This document shows positions 62,039 to 64,000 of a DNA stretch of 64,000 nt, piece by piece. Location: the NCBI GenBank assembly GCA_021613535.1, contig CP075495.1, positions 1,178,001-1,242,000 of the forward strand, given 5' to 3'. This DNA is from Adineta vaga (taxonomy: Eukaryota > Animalia > Rotifera). The stretch's first letter is position 1. Each line of letters starts with the position of its first letter. The notes beneath the pieces are model-generated. The model was not told the origin of the DNA, searched no databases, and was given only the letters and a program-made list of their open reading frames with translations. The position numbers were made by a program, and so were the translations under genes.

Positions 62039-64000
62039 TTAGTTAGATTGTATTAATTGTAAGAAGGAATCAAGATGATATGCATGTCCCGATAGTAAAT
62101 TTTCTAAAATCAATTCTTTTTCTCCGTATACAATATGGCAACTCTTTCGATTTGATAAAGAAATGATTTTTGCTCCTTGTAAGACACCATCTGTCCATCT
62201 GATATCCACTTCATAATTTCCTCGTGCTAATAAACCATAAACAAAACCAGTTGGCCAACTTGTTCTCGGTAAAGCTGGTAAAAGTTCAATTCGATTCTTA
62301 TGACTTTGAAGAAGCATTTCACAGATAGCTGATGTAGCACCGAAATTTGCATCGATTTGAAATGGTGGACCATCGATTAAATCAAATAGATTTGGAGCAG
62401 TATGTGTAGGTGTTAATAACATACAAAGAAGTTGAAAAGCTGTAGAACTTTGATGTAATCGAGCCCAGATATTCGATTTCCATGCTAATGACCATCCAGT
62501 TGATGGTATTAAAATACCTCGAAGATCCAATGAACGAAGAGCAGCATCATGATAAAGAGATGGTTCATCGGTAACTGAACTGCCAGGAAAAACACAATAC
62601 AAATGAGACCTTTGAAAGATATGATAACGAAAAAAAAGCAGAATGTTGATTGAAATGAACAAATTTCTCTTACATATGTCTGTTATGAAGATCAGCAACT
62701 TGATCCCAATCTTCAAACCATTCTTGTAATTGTCCCACTTGTCCAATTTGTATTGGTGGCAATTGTTCTAATGTTTGTTGAACTTCTTGTCGAAATATTG
62801 CATCAATATCAAATAGAATAGATGTTTCAATCACTGCTGTAAATAAATCTTTAATTAAAAGAATATCTAATGTTGGTCCTGCACAAACAACGGCATTCAA
62901 TTGAACATGATGTGCAACTTCAGGTGACATAGATGGATTGGTAAGTAAATAATTAGATGATTTAATTAAAGTTTCAATGAAAAATTGAGCAGCTGAACGA
63001 AGTATGGGATAATAACGAAGAAGATTGTCTTTATCATTAGTAAATAGATAATGATCGATAATACTTTTACATAACCATACACCACCCATTGGCCATGTAC
63101 CATAGACAGCATCATCAACAGGTGCTGTACCTCTCCAAATATCTGTATTATGATGACATACCCAACTTCCTTCACGTTTCTAAAATTCAATATATTTTTT
63201 GTTATTTATGAACGAAAGACAATAAAATCTTACTGTTCCATAATGTAATTTTGCTGTTGTTTGTCCTGTTTGAGAAATATCATGAATAAGATCAAATAAT
63301 GGTTGATAGCATTCAACTAGATTAGCTGGTCCAGCTAGCCAATAATTCATTTCAATATTGATATTAATCGTATATTTAGATTGCCATGGTGGTGACATAG
63401 AATCATTCCATATACCTTGTAATGTTGCTGCTTGACTACCTGGACGACTTGATGAAATTAATAAATAACGTCCAAATTGAAAATATAAAGTTGGTAGCTG
63501 CGGATCTAAATTAGGATTTTGTGAAAAGACTTGAATACGACGGTCTGTTGGTTGACGCATTGCCGAACTTTCTCCAAGATTTAATCGAACACGACTAAAT
63601 AATGATTGATAATCATTTAAATGACGTTGCATTAATAGATCATAATTTAATTGTAAACACTTTTCTAACATTTTTTCACTTAATAGAATTTCGTCGCCAT
63701 TTACATTGGAATAATTAATATAACTTGTAGCAATTACAATTCTCAGTATGAAGAAACTTGATGAAAATATAATCAAACGATCGTCTAATAGATCACATTG
63801 ACCATCCAATTCAACATTTATCAATAGACGAAAACGAATACTTCCAGGCATTGTTTCACAATCACCACCGATACCATCAACAATCAGCGTATTAGATTTA
63901 TCAACAGATATTTTAATTTTTTGTGGACTTGAAAATGATATGACACTATTGATGGCATTTGGTGTCTATAACAAGATTCATATTTAGTTCTCAATTCTGT
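62039..64000 (-). CDS. GH95 alpha-L-fucosidase, 5'-partial (introns 63180-63233 and 62610-62673)
   Basis: FQFGRYLLISSSRPG, LQGIWN, YTININIEMNYW, HHNTDIW, GQLQEW, RHMSHL, GWSLAWK, PFQIDANFG, EMLLQSH, LLPALP. Confidence 0.93.

Noticed and set aside
1-64000. Bacterial contig or contamination
   Set aside because: Spliceosomal introns restore reading frames throughout; eukaryotic tRNA-Asp and metazoan-type genes are interleaved.

Overview
AT-rich eukaryotic DNA with many short (~48-65 bp) GT-AG introns. The gene content (ART-TPR and NHL families, intron-poor microbial-type enzymes, a mariner) points to a bdelloid rotifer (inference). The main accessory signal is a cluster of toxin-like modular genes. 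It has three tandem R-S-E ADP-ribosyltransferase (ART)-TPR genes and one ART-TPR pseudogene. It also has an ART-NHL gene and a caspase-like(C14)-NHL gene that splice different enzymes onto homologous NHL exons at the same phase-1 junction, plus an orphan half-propeller NHL exon. Two tandem ADP-ribosylglycohydrolases (erasers) lie about 25 kb away. Together these look like a birth-and-death, exon-shuffled sensor-effector (innate-immunity-like) system. Around it are probable horizontally acquired enzymes (GH43, GH95, dienelactone hydrolase, 2OG-Fe(II) oxygenase, serine esterase, a secreted CPDC protein) and a galaxin-like Cys-repeat protein. Astacin and LRR pseudogenes are also present, along with housekeeping genes (AGL 3' end, PET117, ABCA, ZIP13-like, tRNA-Asp) and a dead mariner carrying a nested hAT-type MITE. 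Splice models and mismatch counts were made by eye; no searches were run.
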